DNA of 20,690 nucleotides from contig JBHLNT010000003.1 in the NCBI GenBank assembly GCA_048941265.1, positions 1-20,690 of the forward strand, given 5' to 3'. Positions 8,939-17,596 of this stretch are shown here, in pieces. Below the pieces are notes generated by a model that did not search any database, was not told the DNA's origin, and saw nothing but the letters and a program-made list of their open reading frames with translations. The translations under genes were made by a program, and so were the position numbers. The number at the start of each line of letters is the position of its first letter. Positions within the stretch are counted from its first letter, which is position 1. Source of the DNA: Promethearchaeota archaeon. GTDB lineage: Archaea; Asgardarchaeota; Lokiarchaeia; Sigyniarchaeales; SOKP01.

Positions 8939-9496
8939 TTAATATTCTATGCCTGGACGAGCCTCTATTCCTTGAGTGTAAGGATGTTTATTACATTTAA
9001 ATTCAATAACATAATCAGCAATTTCTCTAATTTCTTTTATATAGCTATATCCAGTACAAATAATCTCTACATGGCTGGGCTTATTTTGCAATAATTCCAA
9101 AAAATCCTCAAGCTTAATTAGATTTAAAGTTATGGCATCAATAACCTCGTCCAATGCTACTAAATCATAATTGCTAGATAGAACTGCTCTCTTAGCATAT
9201 TCAAATCCTTTTTTAGCCCGCATTTTATCGTCATCTGAAGCCGTTTCAGCAGAATATACAAAATTGTATGCCCCATATTGCTTTATTGGGATAATTTTTT
9301 TTAAAAAATCAATTTCTCCCATAAAATAGCCTGAGTGATCACGTGTTGCATCATGTAATTTTAAAAATTGTATTAATAATGTCTTTAGCTGATGACCATG
9401 AGCTCTAATAATCCCTCCAATAAGAGTAGACGTCTTTCCTTTTCCATCTCCAAAGTAATAGTGAATTAATCCAATTTTTTGATTATTTTGAATCAA
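8939..9496 (-). CDS. cobO: ATP:cob(I)alamin adenosyltransferase, CobO/BtuR/CobA type
   Basis: GDGKGKT P-loop, IQFLK, LDE, TG, C-terminal KHPY..GIEARPGIEY. The TTG start is preceded by AGAGGA (9505-9510). Confidence 0.92.
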   Translation of the reverse strand: MIQNNQKIGLIHYYFGDGKGKTSTLIGGIIRAHGHQLKTLLIQFLKLHDATRDHSGYFMGEIDFLKKIIPIKQYGAYNFVYSAETASDDDKMRAKKGFEYAKRAVLSSNYDLVALDEVIDAITLNLIKLEDFLELLQNKPSHVEIICTGYSYIKEIREIADYVIEFKCNKHPYTQGIEARPGIEY

Positions 9497-9700
9497 GTTT
9501 AAAATCCTCTTTTAAGTTTTAACATTTTTCTACAAAATTTAAGGTGACTCATAAAGTTCGAGCAAATAATAAAAAATAAAACAATCAATTCTAAAAAAAT
9601 ATTGTTATACGAGATTCCACCTAAATAATCTTGACTTAGAAACTATATTTATTTATTCTCGAAACTAGTCTATAAAATAATTAGATAATTTGCGTTAAAG

Positions 9701-10095
9701 GTGATGATTGTAACAAAAACATCTAAAAAAGTGGGATTAATAGATGGTAAATTTTATCCATGTCCAAAAACTCCGAATTGTGTATCAACTCAAAGTCTAG
9801 ATGAATTACACAAAATTGAACCAATAACTTATGATAGTCCACTGGAAAAAGCGAAAGGAAAAATTGTTGAAATAATTATCTCGATGAAACGCACTAAAAT
9901 GATTACTTGCATGAACAACAATATTCATGCTGATTTTATTCATGAATATTTAAATTTGTGGATAATGTAGAGTTTTATTTTGATGATGATGCGAAAATTA
10001 TCCACTTTTAATCTACTTCACGAGTAGGTTGTAATGATTTAGGTGTAAATAGAAAAAGAATGGAAAAAATAAGAAACGAATACTTAATGGATTAA
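9701..10095 (+). pseudogene. DUF1499-family protein, frameshifted
   Basis: First frame: PCPKTPNCVSTQ...IHADF. After a 1-nt shift near 9938-9945 (with TGA at 9943-9945) it continues IFKFVDNVEFYFDDDAKIIHFKSTSRVGCNDLGVNRKRMEKIR...* to 10095, the conserved DUF1499 C-terminus. Confidence 0.85.
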
Positions 10096-10119
10096 AGAAT
10101 CCAGTGATATTCGATTTGT

Positions 10120-11430
10120 TTATTGGGACTTGAAAGGATTTTTATCCTCGAATATTTTATCTTTATATTTTTCTAAATCAGGAGGGCATAAACCTGCCTC
10201 CGTTGCTTCTTTTTTTAGATTTCTAATAATTTCTGCCAAATTTACTCCAGATGGGCACCAATTAGTACAATTTTCACAGCCAGTACATAGAAACAGTCCA
10301 TCTTTTACAGCTGCCTCTATACCATTATGAATATAATCTCTAATTATACAAGCAGCTCCCAATCCATATTTTGAAGCATAAATATTGCCAAAAGCTCTCG
10401 AAGCAGTACACACAAGATCACAACTTTTACAACTTATACATTTTAAAAGATCTTTATATATTAAATTTTCTTTCGCCGCTTTTGTTCGCCAGTCATCCAC
10501 AAGGATTATAACAACTTCTTTAGCACCATACATCCCAAAAACACGTATACCTTGAATGTCTGCGGTATTTGAGGGTGCGCTTATTAAACTTATATAAGCA
10601 CCATCTAATGTCATGATTCGTTCTTGTGTTTTAGCGACAAGTAAAGCATCAAATACTGTAGGGACAATTTTATGGATACCTGCGACAACTATGTGTTTTT
10701 CAGTTGCCCGTGTCAATAAACTTATATTCCCCTCATTTTCTATCAAAAGTATTGATCCATCATCTGCAGATATAGCATTTGCAGAAGTAAGTGAAACTTT
10801 TACCTTGTTAAGTAGTTCAGGACGAAAAGTTTTTCTATAAAAATCAACTATAGCTTCTGGTTTTGGTTCAAGCTCTACACCATGTTTTTCCCTTATTTTT
10901 GCCACAATTTCTTCTACGGTAAACTGAATGCCTGGCCCTAATGTAAAACTCGGATATTCATAGTCAAATAATTGACAAAAAATATCTCCGAGATCGGTTT
11001 CTTTAATTTCTATGTTATTTTTCCTCAAAATATCATAAATCCCGGCATCTTTCGCTTCCAAGGATTTAGATTTATAAATTATCTTATTATCTCCTAATTC
11101 CTCCATGAAAAATTTTTGGGCTTCTTCGTTAGTCTTGGCATAGTAAACCTTAAAATGATTAGTCTTTTCCAGTCTTTTTAAACATAGTTCTACGTAATTA
11201 TCCATATTTTCAACAAAATCCTCCCTCATCTTGACTATCTGGTCTCTATATCTTTCGACAAATTCCCTAGCTGTATCTTCATATAGAAATCTCAAATCGT
11301 GAGATTTGTATTTCATTGCACAAGCCATTTTCCAAATTTCTCCAAATTTCCCATAATCCGTCTCCTTATCTTTTAATTCTTCTAATTTTTCTTTAAGTTC
11401 ATCATAAAGTTCTTTTCCTTTTTCAAACAC
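10120..11430 (-). CDS. LUD-domain protein with 2x[4Fe-4S] ferredoxin domain (LutB/LldF-like)
   Basis: KSKS, ETDLGD, SANAISADDGSI..IENEGN, GIHKIVP, PSNTADI, CISCKSCDLVC and CTGCENCTNWCP. GTG start overlaps the upstream gene by 8 nt. Confidence 0.85.
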   Translation of the reverse strand: MFEKGKELYDELKEKLEELKDKETDYGKFGEIWKMACAMKYKSHDLRFLYEDTAREFVERYRDQIVKMREDFVENMDNYVELCLKRLEKTNHFKVYYAKTNEEAQKFFMEELGDNKIIYKSKSLEAKDAGIYDILRKNNIEIKETDLGDIFCQLFDYEYPSFTLGPGIQFTVEEIVAKIREKHGVELEPKPEAIVDFYRKTFRPELLNKVKVSLTSANAISADDGSILLIENEGNISLLTRATEKHIVVAGIHKIVPTVFDALLVAKTQERIMTLDGAYISLISAPSNTADIQGIRVFGMYGAKEVVIILVDDWRTKAAKENLIYKDLLKCISCKSCDLVCTASRAFGNIYASKYGLGAACIIRDYIHNGIEAAVKDGLFLCTGCENCTNWCPSGVNLAEIIRNLKKEATEAGLCPPDLEKYKDKIFEDKNPFKSQ

Positions 11431-12169
11431 TTGTAGGATCAGCCCCCTCCATTAATTTTAAAATGAAATCTTCAAATTTTATCACAGGTGTTTTAATTTT
11501 ATTATTCTCTTCCTTAATCCTTTTAAATGCCGTATAACAAAATGGACAAGCCGTTAATAGAGCTTTTGACATTTTCATCTGTTCAAAAATTATTTTAGAG
11601 CTATAATCACTATTCTCTTTAAAAATAGAATAAACACCTCCCCCAGCTCCACAGCAAAGGGAATTTTTTCGATTATTTTCCATCTCCTTAAGATCAATCG
11701 GACCATCAATAGAGTCTATAATGCTCCGTGCCTCTTCTATTATAGGGACTTCGGCATTTCTTAGATGACATGCATCATGATAATATACACTAATTTTTTT
11801 TCCATTATATTTTAAATTCAATTTTTTTAGGTTTTCAGGTTGATTGATAAATTGTAGTAAATGTTGTACTTTAACATTAAAATCAGATCCAAGATATTTA
11901 GGATAATAACGAGTAAGGTAATTATAACAACCAGCACAAATAGTTATTAAATCAGTTACCTTGTTATCTTTGAACCAATTATTTAAAATTTCCACATGAT
12001 TTTGAAGCTCTTCGTTAGAAGCTATATGATGGGCCAAAGATCCACAACAAGGGGAATCATCGATGACTTGATATTCACTATCTAAGAATTTTATGATTTT
12101 AGCGGCATTATCGCACGTTTCTTTATATCTAGTGGCAGATAAACAGCCAAAATAGATAAGCTTAGTCAT
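11423..12169 (-). CDS. CCG-domain Fe-S protein (LutA/GlcF/HdrB-like)
   Basis: Two cysteine-rich CCG domains: GC...CCGS...CAGC and YHDACHL...CCGAGGG...ACPFC. Confidence 0.88.
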   Translation of the reverse strand: MTKLIYFGCLSATRYKETCDNAAKIIKFLDSEYQVIDDSPCCGSLAHHIASNEELQNHVEILNNWFKDNKVTDLITICAGCYNYLTRYYPKYLGSDFNVKVQHLLQFINQPENLKKLNLKYNGKKISVYYHDACHLRNAEVPIIEEARSIIDSIDGPIDLKEMENNRKNSLCCGAGGGVYSIFKENSDYSSKIIFEQMKMSKALLTACPFCYTAFKRIKEENNKIKTPVIKFEDFILKLMEGADPTSV

Positions 12170-12366
12170 AATTTATTAAAGTTTTTCTTTTTATTATTTT
12201 TAATTATTATTTCTTTAAGTTTTGATATTTTTATATTAATTGAATACATCCAATTTTTCTCATAACTAATTTAACATTAGAATGGTTCCAAATTGGATTT
12301 AGTGAGAGACAATCAAATTTTCAATTATAATTCATTAAAATATAAAATTTCAAAAAAAATGAGAAT

Positions 12367-13248
12367 TTAATTAACTTTATCTATAAGATATTGAATTAAT
12401 TTCTTGAGCTTTCTGACATTGGGATAAATTTTAGGTGCTTTTGCTTCAAGATATTCCATAAAAATATCAATATTTTCTTTTTTCTCAGCAGGAGCTTCTT
12501 CAATAAGCTTTTGTATCTCTTGAAAGTCACTTGTAAAGATTAATTCGTCATTTACTCTATTTGCATTATCTGACAAAAGAAAGATATAGTAATCAGTCAA
12601 ATCTGTAGGATCCATTACTCCTGGGGGCTTGTTACCATCACCCGCTTTTCTCCCTCTTAATAATCTTGTATCGACCATTGTTGGAAGTATTTGATTGAAT
12701 GTAATGTTCTCTTTTTTATATTCAGCAGCTAATGATTTTTGCATCCCCACGGTGGCGTATTTAGATGCAGTGTATGCAGCAAATTTAGGCATAGGATTTG
12801 TATAGGCAGCGCTACCAGTAATAATAAATCGAGCTTTTACATCTTTATCATCCTTTTTTAAATAGGGATATGCTGCCTTAAATGTATTAAATACCCCTAG
12901 TATATTTACATCTATAATTTCTGAAAATTTTTCGGGATAAAATTCATGGGTATTGCTCATTCGTGAATAGCCCGCATTCGCAATCACGCCATCTAATAAT
13001 CCTAATTCTTCATGAAATTCTTTAAAAATAAGTTCTACTTCTCCGTATTTAGTAATATCAGCTGGTTTTATGCTAATTTTTATATTCAAATTCAAATTTT
13101 CAATTTCCTTTTTTGTATTATTTAATTCTTCAAGAGTTCTTGATGTCAATCCAATATTAGCACCTTCTTTTGCACATGCGATCGCAACTGATTTTCCAAT
13201 ACCCCTCCCAGAGCCAGTTATAACTATATTTTTCCCTTTTAATAACAT
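12367..13248 (-). CDS. Short-chain dehydrogenase/reductase (classical SDR) with about 50-aa C-terminal extension
   Basis: TGSGRGIG, ANAG, N...S...YTASK catalytic residues, PTMVDT. Confidence 0.92.
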   Translation of the reverse strand: MLLKGKNIVITGSGRGIGKSVAIACAKEGANIGLTSRTLEELNNTKKEIENLNLNIKISIKPADITKYGEVELIFKEFHEELGLLDGVIANAGYSRMSNTHEFYPEKFSEIIDVNILGVFNTFKAAYPYLKKDDKDVKARFIITGSAAYTNPMPKFAAYTASKYATVGMQKSLAAEYKKENITFNQILPTMVDTRLLRGRKAGDGNKPPGVMDPTDLTDYYIFLLSDNANRVNDELIFTSDFQEIQKLIEEAPAEKKENIDIFMEYLEAKAPKIYPNVRKLKKLIQYLIDKVN

Positions 13249-13439
13249 GATAAAATCAATAAGGTTCTATATCAGTATTAAATTTAGAATATATTATAGT
13301 AAGAACGTAAGAAATTTTTTAAAATTTTAGATACTTGTATAATAGTTAGAAGAAATATCCGAAAAATTTTTCAATTTGAGTTAGATTACCCATAATAAAA
13401 GAAGAAATATTAAAAACGAAACTTTAACCAATTTAGAGA

Positions 13440-14072
13440 ATGATTCTGAAATCAATTTCTGTAGGAAGTTATGGTACGAATTGTTATATTTTTGGTTCAG
13501 ATAAAACTAAAGAAGTTGTCATAATCGATCCCGGTGCAGATATTAAAAAAATTGCTACAGTTATTAAAAGCCTTGGTCTTAGACCAATCGCAGTATTATT
13601 GACACATGGTCATAAAGATCATTCTCAAAAAGCTGTCAAAATTGCTGATATTTATAAAGTGCCTTTAATGTTTAGCAAACGAGAGTATGATTTAAGATTT
13701 TTTACCCAAAAACCGGCAGATAGATGGTTAAAAGAAGGAGATGAAATTAAAATCGGGGAACTTACTTTACATGTTTTAGAAACTCCCGGTCATACTCCTG
13801 GTAGTCTTAGTTTTTTTTCTAAAGTTATAAAAGAATTTGAAAATCAAGTAATCGATGGTGTGTTATTTACTGGAGATTTGATCTTCTTTAAAAGAGTAGG
13901 AGCTTGGTATTATAGAGGAGGAAATAAAGATCATTTATATGCAAGCATAAAAAATAAAATTATGAACAACACCGAACTCAGTGACAACTTTCTTTTACTT
14001 CCCGGTCATTCAAAAGCGAGTTTAATTGGAATTGAACGTGAGTCGAATGAACATAAAGAGATGTTTCTCTAA
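13440..14072 (+). CDS. Metallo-beta-lactamase-fold hydrolase (glyoxalase II-like)
   Basis: TNCY, IDPG, THGHKDH, TPGHTPG, TGDLIF, PGH metal ligands. Confidence 0.9.
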   Translation: MILKSISVGSYGTNCYIFGSDKTKEVVIIDPGADIKKIATVIKSLGLRPIAVLLTHGHKDHSQKAVKIADIYKVPLMFSKREYDLRFFTQKPADRWLKEGDEIKIGELTLHVLETPGHTPGSLSFFSKVIKEFENQVIDGVLFTGDLIFFKRVGAWYYRGGNKDHLYASIKNKIMNNTELSDNFLLLPGHSKASLIGIERESNEHKEMFL

Positions 14073-14079
14073 ATGCAAT

Positions 14080-15213
14080 TTAAACTGACATATATGCTTC
14101 CTTGATTGCGGAACATCCACCACATCTTACACAACCAGCCTTGTTCTCTAATGGATTTACTCCATATTCTTTCATCAATTTCGCAGCTCTAATGTATGTA
14201 TCAAGTAAAATATTGTATGTTGTTGTGGGCATATCCTTCATTCCGGGAATTGATCGGACGGGTGTTATAAACGGTATAATGCCTAATGATACAATTCTTT
14301 CAAGTTCGGAAAAAAAGTCTTCAGTTTGGTCTTCAAATCCAGTTAATATGAATGTCGACACTTGATTTTTTCCAAAAATTTCGAGAGCATGCTTCCAATT
14401 GGTTTCAAATAACTCGAAGGGGATATGAGCTTTTCCAGGTGTTATTATATCTCTTATATGTTTATCTAAAATTTCAATGTGTATTCCAATTGTATCTGCT
14501 CCAGCTTCTTTGAGTTTGGTAATTAATGATAAATCATCTAGAGGTTCTACTTGAACATGTAAAGGAAGATTTGGATAAGCTTCTTTTATTCCGGCTAGAA
14601 GTTCAATATACCGTTGAGCACCCTTATCATCACTCTCTTCAGTTCCACTTGTAAGTGTCATATGATTGCATCTCCCTTCTTTCTTAGCTTGAGCTATAAC
14701 TTCATTCATTTGTTTGAAATTTTTTTCTTCTATAGTGGAATTATATTTTAAGCTAAGTTCAATTCCACAAAACTTACATGCCTCTCCGCAAGCCCAATAT
14801 TTACATTTTTGATATATAGTACTAGCTAAGCAGTCTATTCCATGTACTAAAGCTATTTTTTTCATTTGTATTCCATCTGATGTTATATATTCAGGACTAT
14901 AGTATTTAGGATTAGAAACCAACTTCAATTTTCCAAATGTAAGCTCATTTTGAACATCATAGATTTCGAAAAAGTTTCCAACTTTTTCTTTTAAGATTAA
15001 ATTGGATTTTTGCGGTTGATCCCAAAGTACAATATTTACTAAAGTCTTGTTATCCTCTAAAATAAAATATCTGCCCCCTAATGGTCCAGCACCACCCTTT
15101 CGACCATAACTTATTCCATGCTTGCTATAATGATCCGCCAAAGTTTTATCTAAGTATAATCCCTTAGAGAGTAATTCTGTTTTCATCCTAAATGCCGTAG
15201 CAGTATCAATCAT
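14080..15213 (-). CDS. Radical SAM protein, MSMEG_0568 (Nit1C NitD-like) family
   Basis: N-terminal RKGGAGP, IALVHGIDCLAST, C137-x8-C146-x2-C149, C-terminal KAGCVRCGGCS. Confidence 0.85.
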   Translation of the reverse strand: MIDTATAFRMKTELLSKGLYLDKTLADHYSKHGISYGRKGGAGPLGGRYFILEDNKTLVNIVLWDQPQKSNLILKEKVGNFFEIYDVQNELTFGKLKLVSNPKYYSPEYITSDGIQMKKIALVHGIDCLASTIYQKCKYWACGEACKFCGIELSLKYNSTIEEKNFKQMNEVIAQAKKEGRCNHMTLTSGTEESDDKGAQRYIELLAGIKEAYPNLPLHVQVEPLDDLSLITKLKEAGADTIGIHIEILDKHIRDIITPGKAHIPFELFETNWKHALEIFGKNQVSTFILTGFEDQTEDFFSELERIVSLGIIPFITPVRSIPGMKDMPTTTYNILLDTYIRAAKLMKEYGVNPLENKAGCVRCGGCSAIKEAYMSV

Positions 15214-15422
15214 GATCTCAAAAAAATAATATTTGTTCTAAATTATATGTGTTTAGGTTTAATCCTATAAGATTATTTCTTATTTCTCTTCTTAAAATTA
15301 AAATATTATTTCTTTATTTCATTTACTTAAGGGTAATAAAGTGGTGATTGGCTAAAAAAACTCCCAAGGATATATTTAAATATAAATATATAAATATAAT
15401 ACAAAAAAATAGGTGGAATATC

Positions 15423-16613
15423 ATGCTGAATAATGAAGAATTTTCAGAAGAAATAGTAGAAGCCTCGAAAATAGGGCTTAACCATGATCGTCTCTCACGA
15501 TTGAAAAATGCTATTGAGAAAGATATAGGGAACGGTACATATGATGGGGCTGTATTTATTGTTGCTAGGCATGGGAAAATCGCAATGCACGAAGCCGTGG
15601 GAAAAACAGATATGAAAAATGATCGAAAAGCACATATTGATGATATTTTCTTTATCATGTCTATCACTAAGCAGTTAACCACCACCAGAGTTCTAATGGA
15701 TATCGAACAAGGAAAGTTTATGCTTACAACTCCAGTATGTGAGATAATTCCTGAATTTAGCATCAAGGGAAAGCAGAGAGTTACCATAGGTAATTTACTC
15801 ACACATACTAGTGGTCTTAACACTGAGATACCATTCGGGCTTTCTGTTCGAAAATTGGCTGATATTGAGGCCGTTGTAGCTGCAGTGAGTAATGAACGCC
15901 TCTTAACTCTGCCTGGTAAAATGGTTTCATATAATGCAATCCCTGCGTTTTCCTTGTTAGGGGGCATTGTCCAGCGATTAGATGAGAATAATCGACCATT
16001 TCGACAAATACTCAAAGATGATCTTTTTATACCTTTAGGAATGAAAGAAACCGCTCTTGGTTTACCAGATGAGTTTAAAAGTCGCATTGTTCCAGTAAAA
16101 GTGCGTGATCAAACTCCAGGGCTATTTGATCCTATTCTCTTAGAGTCGATGAACGCCCTCGCAAAAGAAGATACTGAATTACCCGCAGGTGGAGCGGTCT
16201 CTACAGTTTTAGATGTATTTCGCTTCTCAGAAATGTATAGACGGGGTGGAACCTTAAATGGCATCCAGATTCTTTCTCCTAATACAATTAAATTAGCCAC
16301 TACTATTCATACAGGAGATCTTATCAACCATCTATTTGATTATTGTCGGGAAATGTACGGATGGCCTGAGTTCCCCGCTAATCTCGGTCTCAGCTTTTTT
16401 ATACGAGGTGAGGGTATATTTCCCACTTTTTTAGGACAAACCACTTCTCCAGAAACTTATGCAGGACTTGGGGCAGGATCGACTATGTTCTGGATTGATC
16501 CTGTACGAGATCTTACATTTGTATTCCTCTCAGCGGGGCTCTTAGAGGAAGGGCATAATTTAATGCGCCTTCAACGCCTTTCTGACATGGTAGTAGCTTC
16601 ATTGAAAGCTTAA
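15423..16613 (+). CDS. Serine hydrolase, class C beta-lactamase/EstB esterase family
   Basis: SITK (SxxK), LLTHTSG, YNA (Y of YxN), PLGMKET, WIDP. Start moved from the track's TTG at 15348 to ATG at 15423 because the upstream part is AT-rich and intergenic-like. Confidence 0.88.
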   Translation: MLNNEEFSEEIVEASKIGLNHDRLSRLKNAIEKDIGNGTYDGAVFIVARHGKIAMHEAVGKTDMKNDRKAHIDDIFFIMSITKQLTTTRVLMDIEQGKFMLTTPVCEIIPEFSIKGKQRVTIGNLLTHTSGLNTEIPFGLSVRKLADIEAVVAAVSNERLLTLPGKMVSYNAIPAFSLLGGIVQRLDENNRPFRQILKDDLFIPLGMKETALGLPDEFKSRIVPVKVRDQTPGLFDPILLESMNALAKEDTELPAGGAVSTVLDVFRFSEMYRRGGTLNGIQILSPNTIKLATTIHTGDLINHLFDYCREMYGWPEFPANLGLSFFIRGEGIFPTFLGQTTSPETYAGLGAGSTMFWIDPVRDLTFVFLSAGLLEEGHNLMRLQRLSDMVVASLKA

Positions 16614-16755
16614 TAAACCTTAATGAAGTATTAAATTCTCAAAAAGAGACATCTTTCATATTTTAAAAATTAATAAAATTTATTTCTTATTTTATTTTAT
16701 ATATCATAAGAATTTATTGATGTAAGATATAATTTTTAAATAAAAGTGAAAAGAT

Positions 16756-17400
16756 ATGGCTCATAGGAGACCTTGGCACTGTTATTCGAAATGGAGTAGA
16801 AGACCTTTTCAATATAAAAGAAGTAGTAATCGTCGTCGCGAATTCGGTCGTGGTGGTTCACAGTCCAAAATTGTGAGATACTGGGGAGGGAATAAAGACA
16901 TTGCTTGGGAGAATTGGGATTTAGTAGTCGGACTTGTAGTTGAAAAGCAAGTACAAATATCTTCCAACGCATTAGAAGCAATACGTATTACAATTAATAG
17001 TGCTCTTCAGAAACATATCGGAAGGAATAATTTTCGATTACGTGTACGACCAAAACCATTTCAAAAATATCGTGAGAATCGCATGTTAGCTTTTGCGGGA
17101 GCTGATCGTGTGCAGAGTGGTATGAGAAATTCATTCGGTCGATCCACGGGAGTTTGTGCTCGTGTAAAAGCGGGACAAGTTGTTACAGAAGTGGGAACCA
17201 GCTTAAGGAATTTACCTCTTATAAGAGATAGATTGAGAGTGGCTTCTATGAAGATCCCTTGTTCATGTCAAATAGTTGTATTAAAATACCAAGCTCCAGA
17301 ATTTCTTAAACGCTCAGGTCTACCTTTATATGATGACAAAAAACGTAAAGAAATTCCCCTATATGAATTATCTCTTGAAGAATCTTCGAATATGGTTTAA
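16756..17400 (+). CDS. rpl10e: 50S ribosomal protein uL16 (archaeal/eukaryotic L10e type)
   Basis: RRPWHCY, QISSNALEAIRI, RENRMLAFAGADRVQSGMRNSFGR, ARVKAGQ, ASMKIP. Confidence 0.96.
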   Translation: MAHRRPWHCYSKWSRRPFQYKRSSNRRREFGRGGSQSKIVRYWGGNKDIAWENWDLVVGLVVEKQVQISSNALEAIRITINSALQKHIGRNNFRLRVRPKPFQKYRENRMLAFAGADRVQSGMRNSFGRSTGVCARVKAGQVVTEVGTSLRNLPLIRDRLRVASMKIPCSCQIVVLKYQAPEFLKRSGLPLYDDKKRKEIPLYELSLEESSNMV

Positions 17401-17596
17401 AAGTGTTATTATTGCGATTTATTTCTATCTAACAAATTTTAAATTGGATTTTTGTAGATTTAATATTCATTTTCTATAAGGATTATATTCATTAAGATAA
17501 TTAAATATAAGATAAAATAAAATTATTTAAAATATCATTATTCACTTAATAATCTTAAAGTTGTGTTTTGTGTAATTCATTCAAAATTAAGAAACA

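Noticed and set aside
9943-9945. TGA as possible selenocysteine or programmed recoding in DUF1499
   Set aside because: It coincides with a frameshift, is not at a Cys position, has no slippery site, and no SECIS-like hairpin was recognised.
15323-16087. 254-aa minus-strand ORF
   Set aside because: Antisense to the serine hydrolase; no motifs, with the Ser/Ile/Phe-rich composition typical of shadow frames.
13440-16613. Antibiotic resistance locus (MBL fold plus beta-lactamase family)
   Set aside because: Both are generic hydrolase folds without signal peptides, and archaea lack the beta-lactam target.
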